Virus record (IMG/VR): IMGVR_UViG_2529292836_000016
Origin: a virus
Lineage: Duplodnaviria; Heunggongvirae; Uroviricota; Caudoviricetes
Length of the DNA stretch: 50,087 nucleotides
Direction: 5' to 3' (one strand)
Positions within the stretch are counted from its first letter, which is position 1. The number at the start of each line of letters is the position of its first letter. The position numbers and the translations under genes were made by a program. Below are positions 37,340 through 45,808 of this stretch, piece by piece. Below the pieces are notes generated by a model, which was given only the letters and a program-made list of their open reading frames with translations, did no database searches and had not been told where the DNA came from.

Positions 37340-38470
37340 CTACAGTTTCATGATCTTGTTCGCTATTTTTTCGAAGTAAACCTCATTCTTAAGAAGAGTG
37401 ATATTGTTTGTTTGAACACCCAGACCACTGGAGGTTGACTGGAAGTTGAGTGAACCACTTATCACTGTGGACTTTCCTGATAAAAAGGAAATCAACTCCT
37501 TGGAAGATGGTGCCCACTCAGGGTTTAAGAGTAATGCAATATAGATATATGTCTTACGAAGCAATTGTTCTATATCTTTTTTATGCCCTGTAGTGTTTTG
37601 CTTACCTTTAATGCAAATAGATTTGATTATGAACTCATCAGGGCTGGTTAAAGGCGTTTTAAACTCACTCAGTGATCCATCGTTATGAATGACTTCATAA
37701 GGCAGCATAGATAAAATGATCAATGCAATCATTTTAGGATGATAAAGGTAGTTATCACGAATGATTTTTCCTGCCTTCATTGTATTGAGCGTTGTTTGAA
37801 TAAATACAAAAAGATATTCAGAGCAAAAGTAACAAAACACAAGCCAGGATAGGTCAATGGATGGAATGTTAATATCCTTAGGTAGTTTGTTTAGCCAGTA
37901 TTCAGACTTCAAAAAGGTCCTGATTTCAACAGTATATTCATGCATTTTTGCGCTGAAATCAAGCATTGCTACTTGACCTGATTGTTCCGTAACTGTGTGG
38001 TCTATAAATGTTAGTGTATTGCACATTTTATCCAGCGTGTTTTGAAAACAAGAAAGGAGTTCGGCATTATTATTACCATTAACCGCAGATGAAAGTTCAG
38101 TTTTAATAAATGCATCCAGTAGCATACAGATTTCTTTCGGAATGACATTTTTACGGGATTGCTGTGAATAGAAATGTACTGCCAGTAAATTAAAGGCAGT
38201 GCACTCCTTTTTTAACCATTGTTCGAGCACTGGGACGTGCTGAAAAAAATTGATATGCTTAGCAGTAGATGCTGATGGAGATAGTACATGAAGAATATCT
38301 ACAGCAGGCTTCATTTGCAATATTTGATCGGATTCGGTAGTCGTCATTAGTTCCAGTAATTGCTGTTCAGAAAATAGTTTAGACAGGTGATCAATGTCTT
38401 TTTGGTATTGATTAAGTTTTGTTAAATTCCCCGGTATACGGGTTACATTGTTTTTCATTTTCTCGAACAT
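37340..38470 (-). CDS. Hypothetical protein (AT-rich orphan)
   Basis: 376-aa ORF, very AT-rich; no recognisable motif. Confidence 0.5.
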   Translation of the reverse strand: MFEKMKNNVTRIPGNLTKLNQYQKDIDHLSKLFSEQQLLELMTTTESDQILQMKPAVDILHVLSPSASTAKHINFFQHVPVLEQWLKKECTAFNLLAVHFYSQQSRKNVIPKEICMLLDAFIKTELSSAVNGNNNAELLSCFQNTLDKMCNTLTFIDHTVTEQSGQVAMLDFSAKMHEYTVEIRTFLKSEYWLNKLPKDINIPSIDLSWLVFCYFCSEYLFVFIQTTLNTMKAGKIIRDNYLYHPKMIALIILSMLPYEVIHNDGSLSEFKTPLTSPDEFIIKSICIKGKQNTTGHKKDIEQLLRKTYIYIALLLNPEWAPSSKELISFLSGKSTVISGSLNFQSTSSGLGVQTNNITLLKNEVYFEKIANKIMKL

Positions 38471-38976
38471 AATTTTATCCTCGTTTGAATTATTACACTG
38501 ATTTAAAAAGTAGCATGTCGTGTTAGCGAGGTAATCCTAAAACGTGAATGGCAGCAGGGGCAAGCTTGAATCTGCGTAAGGATATGGCTTGAATTTAATG
38601 GTGTAATCAGTGAGTTAGAGGCTTATAGCCATTTAAATACAATAAGTTATGATAATATATGGCGGGTGTAAATCGGTTAGTTTTTATGGTTAAAATATGA
38701 GCATTGTGAGATTTGAGATATGATGGTTTTTAAATTACATACAAGTTACCCCTGATGATCAGTATTAATACCAGAATGATACATGCGAGCAGCACCCAAT
38801 CCTGTACTATTTATGATGGCTATACAAGGCTGAAACTTTGAGTCGTATGTTGCCAGGAGGATTAATGTCCACAAGGCCCAGATAGAATGATTTCTCAGAT
38901 ATTAAAGTTGAAACTTATTAACTATGTGAGAGGCTGATATTTATTCAGTCTCTCATTTGTTTTTATCGTTTTAAAG

Positions 38977-40212
38977 TTAAAAGGAAATAAATAATGCCTT
39001 CCGCCGATGAATCAGTGTACTGATTTCTCGAAAATCAGCCTCAATACTACCAACATCACCAAAGACTTCACCACTAATCTCTCTTCGATTTTTCATGAAA
39101 TTGGTGCTTAATAAGCTTTCTTTTTTTAGTGTCACTAATTTTGGTTTTATATCGTTATAGAAATGCTTACGGCTTACCCTGATGCTATGAATCGAGTAGT
39201 AAACTGTTTTATACATCAAAAATATAAGTAACTGGCCGAGAAGATATTCTTTTTCAATGTATTTATATTGAGAGGATTTTTCGCGTTTCGCCAGGTAGAA
39301 AACATGAGGTGCGATGATGGTGGGGATGAAATCCAGTGCTGGAGAGGTTTTTGTTTTTTCTGTTTTTCTTCCGGATTGAAGATGTTGAAGTACAGAGTAT
39401 ACAATGCTTAATATTATGGCATTGCTTATATTATTAATTTCAGTTGGGTAAATATGCAGGTTGCTTATCAATTCTGAAAGGCAAAGTAAAACACCAGTGA
39501 TGTTGGGTTTTCTGCCAGAGATTGTGGTGCTGTTGAAAATGTGACGATTCTTACGACTTATATTGACAAGTTTATGAGTGCAGAACTCTATATGTTCGAC
39601 GATTTTATCTTGACTATTTTTAATGTATTTTGAAATGTTAGTGATCCGGCCATTCAACGTTAGTTCATCAAGCAATATATCATTTTTAATATTGCGAATT
39701 TCATCGCAATGTTCACATTGAGAAACTATCTCATGTAATACATAACTCGACGTATTGCGGGGTGACGCTGATATGTAATCTAAAATAGAAGGTTCGATTT
39801 TGATTTTTTGTTTGTATTTTTTAATGCACTGTTTGATTGTTTTTTGTAGAGTATTTGAGATGTGTTTTTTATATTCTTTTAGAAAATCTTGCTCTAAAAA
39901 GAGTGAGGAGAAGATCAACTGCTGGCGAGATAATTTAATCTCAGGCTTGATCAATTTAATCCGAAAAACTCTTCCCTCCAACTCATAGCTGAACATGGAA
40001 GATAAGTCATAGTGGGGTGATAAATGTTCGAGTAACGACATTCGTGTATTCATTAGCCGCTTGAATTTATGGTCAGCATACATAAGTGTTTTTTTTATTT
40101 GCTCATCATAAAGTGGGCCGATAGCGCAGTTGGCAATACTCATTCTATCCGGAGACCTCCAGTCAGCAGGGGAATCACATTGACGGTCATCATTACTATC
40201 AAAGGGCATCAA
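38977..40212 (-). CDS. Hypothetical protein (AT-rich orphan)
   Basis: 411-aa ORF, Lys/Ile/Asn-rich; no recognisable motif. Confidence 0.5.
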   Translation of the reverse strand: MMPFDSNDDRQCDSPADWRSPDRMSIANCAIGPLYDEQIKKTLMYADHKFKRLMNTRMSLLEHLSPHYDLSSMFSYELEGRVFRIKLIKPEIKLSRQQLIFSSLFLEQDFLKEYKKHISNTLQKTIKQCIKKYKQKIKIEPSILDYISASPRNTSSYVLHEIVSQCEHCDEIRNIKNDILLDELTLNGRITNISKYIKNSQDKIVEHIEFCTHKLVNISRKNRHIFNSTTISGRKPNITGVLLCLSELISNLHIYPTEINNISNAIILSIVYSVLQHLQSGRKTEKTKTSPALDFIPTIIAPHVFYLAKREKSSQYKYIEKEYLLGQLLIFLMYKTVYYSIHSIRVSRKHFYNDIKPKLVTLKKESLLSTNFMKNRREISGEVFGDVGSIEADFREISTLIHRRKALFISF

Positions 40213-40254
40213 CGTTGCCGATTATGGATCATGTCAGCTCCACACACCAGAACG

Positions 40255-40297
40255 GGTGATATATGGATCATCATTACCCCAACGGCAGTTTTACACC
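40255..40297. repeat. Copy 2 of the about 43-bp imperfect direct repeat
   Basis: 'ggtgatatatggatcatcattaccccaacggcagttttacacc'; pairs with 29468-29510. Confidence 0.6.
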
Positions 40298-40515
40298 ATG
40301 GCTAATATGGATGCTATCTTACTAAGATAATTGGTTTTTAGCGAGTGACGAGCCAGGTTGTGTCAGTCTGTCTCATGTCGATATTACGGGGATGATGCAA
40401 ACCTGAATGCTGCGATATTGGCGTGTCAGGGGAGGCATCTTACGGTATCATTTACCGCAATTTTTAAGATGCAAAGCCCTGCATCGCTAGCTTTTTCTTC
40501 AGACCAGGATGATTC

Positions 40516-42039
40516 ATGAACGACAAAATCAGTCAGGACACGATCAACAAAGCCCTGTGGGCCGCGTGTGATACGTTCCGTGGCACCATCAGTGCTGATA
40601 CCTATAAAGACTTTATCCTTACCATGCTGTTCCTCAAGTACATTTCAGATGTCTGGCAGGATCACTATGACGAATACAAAGAACAGTATGGCGATGCGCC
40701 GGAACTGATTGAAGCGATGATGGCCAACGAGCGTTTTGTACTGCCAAAAAGTGCCAGCTTTTATGCGCTGTACGAACGCCGCCATGAGCCGGGTAACGGT
40801 GAGCGTATCGATCAGGCGCTGCATGCGATTGAAGAAGCCAACGGCACCAAACTGAAAGATGCCGGGAAAAGCGTGTTCCAGGATATTTCGTTTAACACTG
40901 ACCGCTTGGGTGAAGAAAAACAGAAGAACACCATCCTGCGCCAGCTGCTGGAAGACTTTGCCGGTGAAGATCTTAACCTGAAGCCAAGCCGTGTAGGTAC
41001 GCTGGACGTTATCGGTAATGCCTACGAATATCTGATTAAAAACTTTGCCGCCAGCGGTGGGCAGAAAGCCGGGGAATTCTATACGCCGCCGGAAGTTTCG
41101 GACCTGATTGCAGAACTGCTCGATCCGCAACCGGGTGATACCATCTGTGACCCTGCCTGTGGTTCTGGTTCGTTGTTAATGAAGTGCGGGCGTAAGATTG
41201 TCTCCGGGCATGAAAGCCGTAACTATGCTTTGTTCGGTCAGGAAGCGATTGGCTCCACGTGGTCGCTGGCGAAAATGAACATGTTTCTTCACGGCGAAGA
41301 CAACCACAAAATCGAGTGGGGCGATACCATTCGTAACCCGAAGCTACTCGATAAAAATGGCGACCTGATGCTGTTTGATATCGTTACCGCTAACCCGCCG
41401 TTCAGTCTGGATAAGTGGGGCCATGATGAGGCCGAGAACGATAAGTTTGGTCGTTTCCGTCGCGGTGTACCGCCGAAGACTAAAGGAGATTACGCCTTTA
41501 TCTCGCATATGATAGAAACCCTGAAACCGGGAACGGGTCGTATGGGCGTAGTTGTGCCACACGGTGTGCTTTTCCGTGGCTCCAGCGAAGGTAAAATTCG
41601 CCAGAAACTGATCGACGAAAATTTGCTGGATGCGGTAATTGGTCTGCCGGAAAAACTGTTCTACGGTACGGGGATTCCGGCTGCGATTCTGATTTTCAAA
41701 AAGCAGAAAGTTGATGATAAGGTGCTGTTTATCGATGCCAGCCGTGAATTCAAGGCAGGTAAAAACCAGAACCAGCTTAGCGAAGAAAACATTAAGAAAA
41801 TCGTCAAGACCTACCGTGATGGCGATAACGTCGAGAAATACGCCTATCTTGCCAGCCTGAAAGAGATTCAGGACAACGATTACAACCTCAATATTCCGCG
41901 CTATGTCGATACCTTTGAAGAAGAGGAAGAGATCGATTTGCTGGTCGTTCACGCTGAGCGGGAGGAATTGAAAGCGGAACTGGCGAAGCTGGAAACGGAG
42001 ATGGAAGGGTATTTGAAGGAGTTGGGTTATGGCGTTTAA
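40516..42039 (+). CDS. hsdM: Type I restriction-modification methyltransferase subunit
   Basis: 507 aa; 'DPACGSGSLL' AdoMet motif I and 'NPPF' N6-adenine motif IV; overlaps hsdS start. Confidence 0.9.
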   Translation: MNDKISQDTINKALWAACDTFRGTISADTYKDFILTMLFLKYISDVWQDHYDEYKEQYGDAPELIEAMMANERFVLPKSASFYALYERRHEPGNGERIDQALHAIEEANGTKLKDAGKSVFQDISFNTDRLGEEKQKNTILRQLLEDFAGEDLNLKPSRVGTLDVIGNAYEYLIKNFAASGGQKAGEFYTPPEVSDLIAELLDPQPGDTICDPACGSGSLLMKCGRKIVSGHESRNYALFGQEAIGSTWSLAKMNMFLHGEDNHKIEWGDTIRNPKLLDKNGDLMLFDIVTANPPFSLDKWGHDEAENDKFGRFRRGVPPKTKGDYAFISHMIETLKPGTGRMGVVVPHGVLFRGSSEGKIRQKLIDENLLDAVIGLPEKLFYGTGIPAAILIFKKQKVDDKVLFIDASREFKAGKNQNQLSEENIKKIVKTYRDGDNVEKYAYLASLKEIQDNDYNLNIPRYVDTFEEEEEIDLLVVHAEREELKAELAKLETEMEGYLKELGYGV

Positions 42040-43252
42040 TTACGAGATAAATCAACTAGAATTGATGCAGGCAAGAATTAAAAGCGTGCCTCACGGGTGG
42101 CAATTCACTTATGTAGGTAAGGCGTTTTGCATCCGTAATAACTTACGGAAGCCGATTAGCGAAGAAGAACGTAGTATGAGTCCGGGCAACTATCCTTATT
42201 ACGGACCGACTAAGATCCAAGGTTATATTGGCACTTTTGAACAAGATGGAAGTTATGCTTTGATTGGAGAAGATGGTGATCACTTCCTGAAGTTTGAAAA
42301 ACATTCAATGACGCAGTTGGTGGATGGGAAATGTACAGTTAATAACCATGCTCATATTATTGAAGGAACGAAAGAGGCCTCAAGAGAATGGTTTTACTAC
42401 TATTTTATGCATAGGGACATTTTCAGTTTCTTGAGTCGGCAAGGGGCGGGTAGGTACAAGCTAAACAAAGCATCCCTTGAAAAAATGCCTTTGTTGCTCC
42501 CTCCTATCGTTGAGCAAAAGAAAATCGCCCAAATCCTGTCAACCTGGGATAAGGCGATTTCGGTGACGGAAAAGCTTCTCGCCAACAGCCAGCAGCAGAA
42601 AAAAGCCCTGATGCAGCAATTGCTTACCGGGAAGAAACGGTTGCTGGATGAGAATGGGGTGAGGTTTAGTGGGGAGTGGTGTACGTGCACTTTGTCTGAA
42701 GTAGCACATATTATTATGGGATCATCACCTAAATCCGAAGCCTACAACGATAATGGCTTAGGTTTGCCATTAATACAGGGTAATGCCGATATAAAGTGCC
42801 GAGTTTCATGTCCCAGAGTTTATACGTCTGACATTACGAAAGAATGTACTCCTGGAGATATTCTTCTAAGTGTCAGGGCACCTGTAGGTACTGTTGCACT
42901 TTCTCAACATAAAGCATGTATAGGGCGTGGTATATCGGCTATAAAATCCAAGAGAAAAATGAGTCAATCATTTCTTTATCAATGGTTTCTTTGGTTTGAA
43001 CCAAAATGGTGTTACCTATCACAAGGTAGCACATTTGAATCAATTAATAGTGATGATATAAAGACATTAAAATTATCAGTGCCCAATTTTGAAGAACAAC
43101 AAAAAATTGCCGCCGTTCTGTCCGCAGCCGATGCTGAAATATCCACGCTGGAGAAAAAACTCGCCTGCCTGAGAGATGAGAAAAAAGCCCTGATGCAACA
43201 GCTACTGACTGGCAAACGTCGTGTTAAGGTCGATGAGGCGGTTGCCGAATGA
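42029..43252 (+). CDS. hsdS: Type I restriction-modification specificity subunit (two TRDs)
   Basis: 407 aa; conserved repeats 'KKALMQQLLTGKKRL' (central) and 'KKALMQQLLTGKRRV' (C-terminal) flanking two variable domains. Confidence 0.85.
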   Translation: MAFNYEINQLELMQARIKSVPHGWQFTYVGKAFCIRNNLRKPISEEERSMSPGNYPYYGPTKIQGYIGTFEQDGSYALIGEDGDHFLKFEKHSMTQLVDGKCTVNNHAHIIEGTKEASREWFYYYFMHRDIFSFLSRQGAGRYKLNKASLEKMPLLLPPIVEQKKIAQILSTWDKAISVTEKLLANSQQQKKALMQQLLTGKKRLLDENGVRFSGEWCTCTLSEVAHIIMGSSPKSEAYNDNGLGLPLIQGNADIKCRVSCPRVYTSDITKECTPGDILLSVRAPVGTVALSQHKACIGRGISAIKSKRKMSQSFLYQWFLWFEPKWCYLSQGSTFESINSDDIKTLKLSVPNFEEQQKIAAVLSAADAEISTLEKKLACLRDEKKALMQQLLTGKRRVKVDEAVAE

Positions 43253-43932
43253 AACTGACGAAAAGCGGGCCGCTGATTGACCGGGAAATCGACTGGCTGG
43301 AAGAGGTGTTGCTGAAATACGGCAATGATGACTCTGTGCTCTGTTTCTCTGAGCTGGATGGCTTTCTGACAGCGATTGTCTCTGGCCCGAATATGATCCC
43401 CCCTAATACCTGGCTTAGTGCTATCTGGGGGCGAGGTGATTACCACCCTCGCTGGACTACTGAAAAAGAGATGACGCGTTTTGTGGGGCTGTGTTTTCAG
43501 CATATGAACGATATCGCTGGCTGCCTGTATGAGGCCCCTGAACAGTTTGAACCGATTTTCAATGGACGTGAGGTGAAGGGGAAGACATATACCATCGTCG
43601 AAGAGTGGTGTTTCGGGTATATGAAAGGTCGGTCTCTGGATGACTGGTCAGCCTTGCCAGAGGCCTTACGTCCCTCGCTGGAGGCGATAGCCCTTCATGG
43701 TATTGAAAAGAACTTCCCAGTGGTTGAGAAAATGTCACCTGTTCAATTTGAACAGAGTATTACTCTCATTCAGCCTGCGGCACTGGCGCTTTACCAGCAC
43801 TGGTTGTCGGTGAGAATGTCAGAGGCATCATCCCGGCCTGTTCCCGTGAAGGGGGCAGAAAAACTGCCCGGTCGTAATGACCCGTGTCAGTGTGGCAGTG
43901 GTAAAAAATTTAAAAAGTGCTGCCTGCACTGA
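43249..43932 (+). CDS. YecA-like protein (UPF0149-type domain with C-terminal SEC-C metal-binding motif)
   Basis: 227 aa; C-terminal 'GRNDPCQCGSGKKFKKCCLH' is a SecA-type SEC-C motif; ATGA overlap with hsdS stop. Domain call from memory, not searched. Confidence 0.6.
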   Translation: MKLTKSGPLIDREIDWLEEVLLKYGNDDSVLCFSELDGFLTAIVSGPNMIPPNTWLSAIWGRGDYHPRWTTEKEMTRFVGLCFQHMNDIAGCLYEAPEQFEPIFNGREVKGKTYTIVEEWCFGYMKGRSLDDWSALPEALRPSLEAIALHGIEKNFPVVEKMSPVQFEQSITLIQPAALALYQHWLSVRMSEASSRPVPVKGAEKLPGRNDPCQCGSGKKFKKCCLH

Positions 43933-43954
43933 CAAAGCGGAAGGGGGCTTGCTC

Positions 43955-45739
43955 ATGGCAGTGAACAATCTGGATCGTTCCCGGTGGTACATGGGAAATG
44001 TTCTCTGGTTCGGAGGCTACAACAGCAAAACGGATCGGGAGAATAACTTTGGCTTTCTCTTATCAGAGAATGGTAATGAGCTGTTTTTTCATAAGAATGA
44101 GATAAGCCGGAACTATACACCCGCTGACAATGCACCTGTGCTGTTCAGGGAAGGTACAGGTAAAAATGGTAAGCCTACGGCTTTTAATGTTCACATTCTT
44201 GATAAAACAGATGAGGAGACGGCTGAGCTCCTTATTGAATATCTCCGGGCTATTATTGAGGAGGGCGTTGATTTCGCTCGTTGGCGTTATCGTGACTGCG
44301 TTATTAATTTTCTCACTCAGTCCTTTGGCGAAAGGGCTATAATTCGGTTAGTTACCAGTGATATAGCTGCTACAAAAGTCTTGCCGCTATTTTTAAAATC
44401 ACGTAACTACGATAACCAGTTTGCACTTTTCGCCTCTGATAAGAATTTTGATGATTTGACCGCACAACAAATATCTCCTGCGGTCATGCCTTCGTCATTT
44501 ATCGATAATAACATTGATCAGTTCGCTGTTTGGGTGAAAAGGTGTTCTGCGGCTACGGATTGCCAGGGGGCTTCAACATCGGACATCATCAATGAATTAC
44601 TCAGCCATATATCTATAAGTGCTATTCTCTACCTGGCATTTTACGATTGTATAAGCAGCGAGCGGATTCTTGAACATCGGCATGATGATATAGAGAATTT
44701 TGTTCGACGTAGTTTCACGAAAAATAAAATGGATATACAACCATTTGTCCGTGATGCCTATCAGCAGAAATTCTCATCGAGAGAGCAATTTTATAAACAT
44801 TCCGTGATTAGTCCTTTTGTCAATAATTATTTGATTAAACAGAAGATGTTTAGGAAAGATTTCAGTTTTGTTAATGATATTGAGTCGAATACTGAAATTT
44901 CTTCTGACCCTGAATACTTTATTCTGAGTAAATTGTTACCGCTGATTGGGCGTAACGATGAACAGTCCGTTCTGAGTATTATTCTGCATGAGATATGGCA
45001 GGGGGTGTTGTCGGGTAAAATCCCGGTAAGCCATCCTTCTGTTTTCAAATTGTTCCCACAGTGTAGCTCATTGAAAATTCGTTCCCGGAATTTAAAATTA
45101 TCCTGTGAGGCATTTCACTGGAATGCAAAACAACCTGACGGAACGATAGAGAAAAAATTCCTTTGTCGTTCGAAAATCTGCCATGATCCGCAGGTACTGC
45201 CCGACCTCAGTCGGGATTACATCGACTTCACTATTTATGACTGGCTTTCCCACTATGGCATGACCTATCTGATTGCAGGCGAACCTTCTAAGCGGGATTT
45301 CCCAATTAAACTGGCTGGGTATTTCAATCGTATCAGAGAATTACATTCCCGCTTGCATTGCCGAAGTTGTGGGGTGCTGATGGTTCCAGATATGAAATAT
45401 GCTCGTGTGGAAGTCAGCGTCTGGGATACAAAGTCGAAAGGATTTGTGAAAAAACCTTTCCAGGCCGCGTATCGCCTGACCGTCTTTAAATGTGCCAGTC
45501 ATTCGTGCGAACAGTTTGGTATCGGGCATTACATTAATCACTGTATTGGTTACAAATGCAGCGAAATAATTGACGCCAGGGATTTGCATGAAAAATGTTC
45601 AGAAGGACGATTTATTTGTGCATCCTGTGGTTCCTGCTGTACGACGCATCAGGAGAAATTTGGTAATGTAAACAAGGGCGAAACAGAACAGGTCAAGTAC
45701 AATCGCCTTTATCGGGACTCGCCGTTCTTTTCATCATAA
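43955..45739 (+). CDS. Large protein with cold-shock-like N-terminal OB fold and Cys/His-rich C-terminal putative zinc-binding module
   Basis: Track ORF 43877..45739 trimmed to ATG at 43955 (GGAAGGGGG RBS). N-terminus 'GNVLWFGGYNSKTDRENNFGFLLSENGNELFFHKNEI...KPTAFNVHIL' follows the CSD pattern; C-terminus 'CRSCG...CASHSC...GHYINHC...CASCGSCC'. Confidence 0.7.
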   Translation: MAVNNLDRSRWYMGNVLWFGGYNSKTDRENNFGFLLSENGNELFFHKNEISRNYTPADNAPVLFREGTGKNGKPTAFNVHILDKTDEETAELLIEYLRAIIEEGVDFARWRYRDCVINFLTQSFGERAIIRLVTSDIAATKVLPLFLKSRNYDNQFALFASDKNFDDLTAQQISPAVMPSSFIDNNIDQFAVWVKRCSAATDCQGASTSDIINELLSHISISAILYLAFYDCISSERILEHRHDDIENFVRRSFTKNKMDIQPFVRDAYQQKFSSREQFYKHSVISPFVNNYLIKQKMFRKDFSFVNDIESNTEISSDPEYFILSKLLPLIGRNDEQSVLSIILHEIWQGVLSGKIPVSHPSVFKLFPQCSSLKIRSRNLKLSCEAFHWNAKQPDGTIEKKFLCRSKICHDPQVLPDLSRDYIDFTIYDWLSHYGMTYLIAGEPSKRDFPIKLAGYFNRIRELHSRLHCRSCGVLMVPDMKYARVEVSVWDTKSKGFVKKPFQAAYRLTVFKCASHSCEQFGIGHYINHCIGYKCSEIIDARDLHEKCSEGRFICASCGSCCTTHQEKFGNVNKGETEQVKYNRLYRDSPFFSS

Positions 45740-45808
45740 GTCTTCGTTCATTTTGAGTATGTCCGTAAGGACATACAGTTTCACCTCTTAGCCAAGAAGG
45801 ATTACCGG

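Noticed and set aside
40645-41952. Two minus-strand ORFs (161 and 202 aa) inside hsdM
   Set aside because: Antisense to a confidently identified methyltransferase gene.
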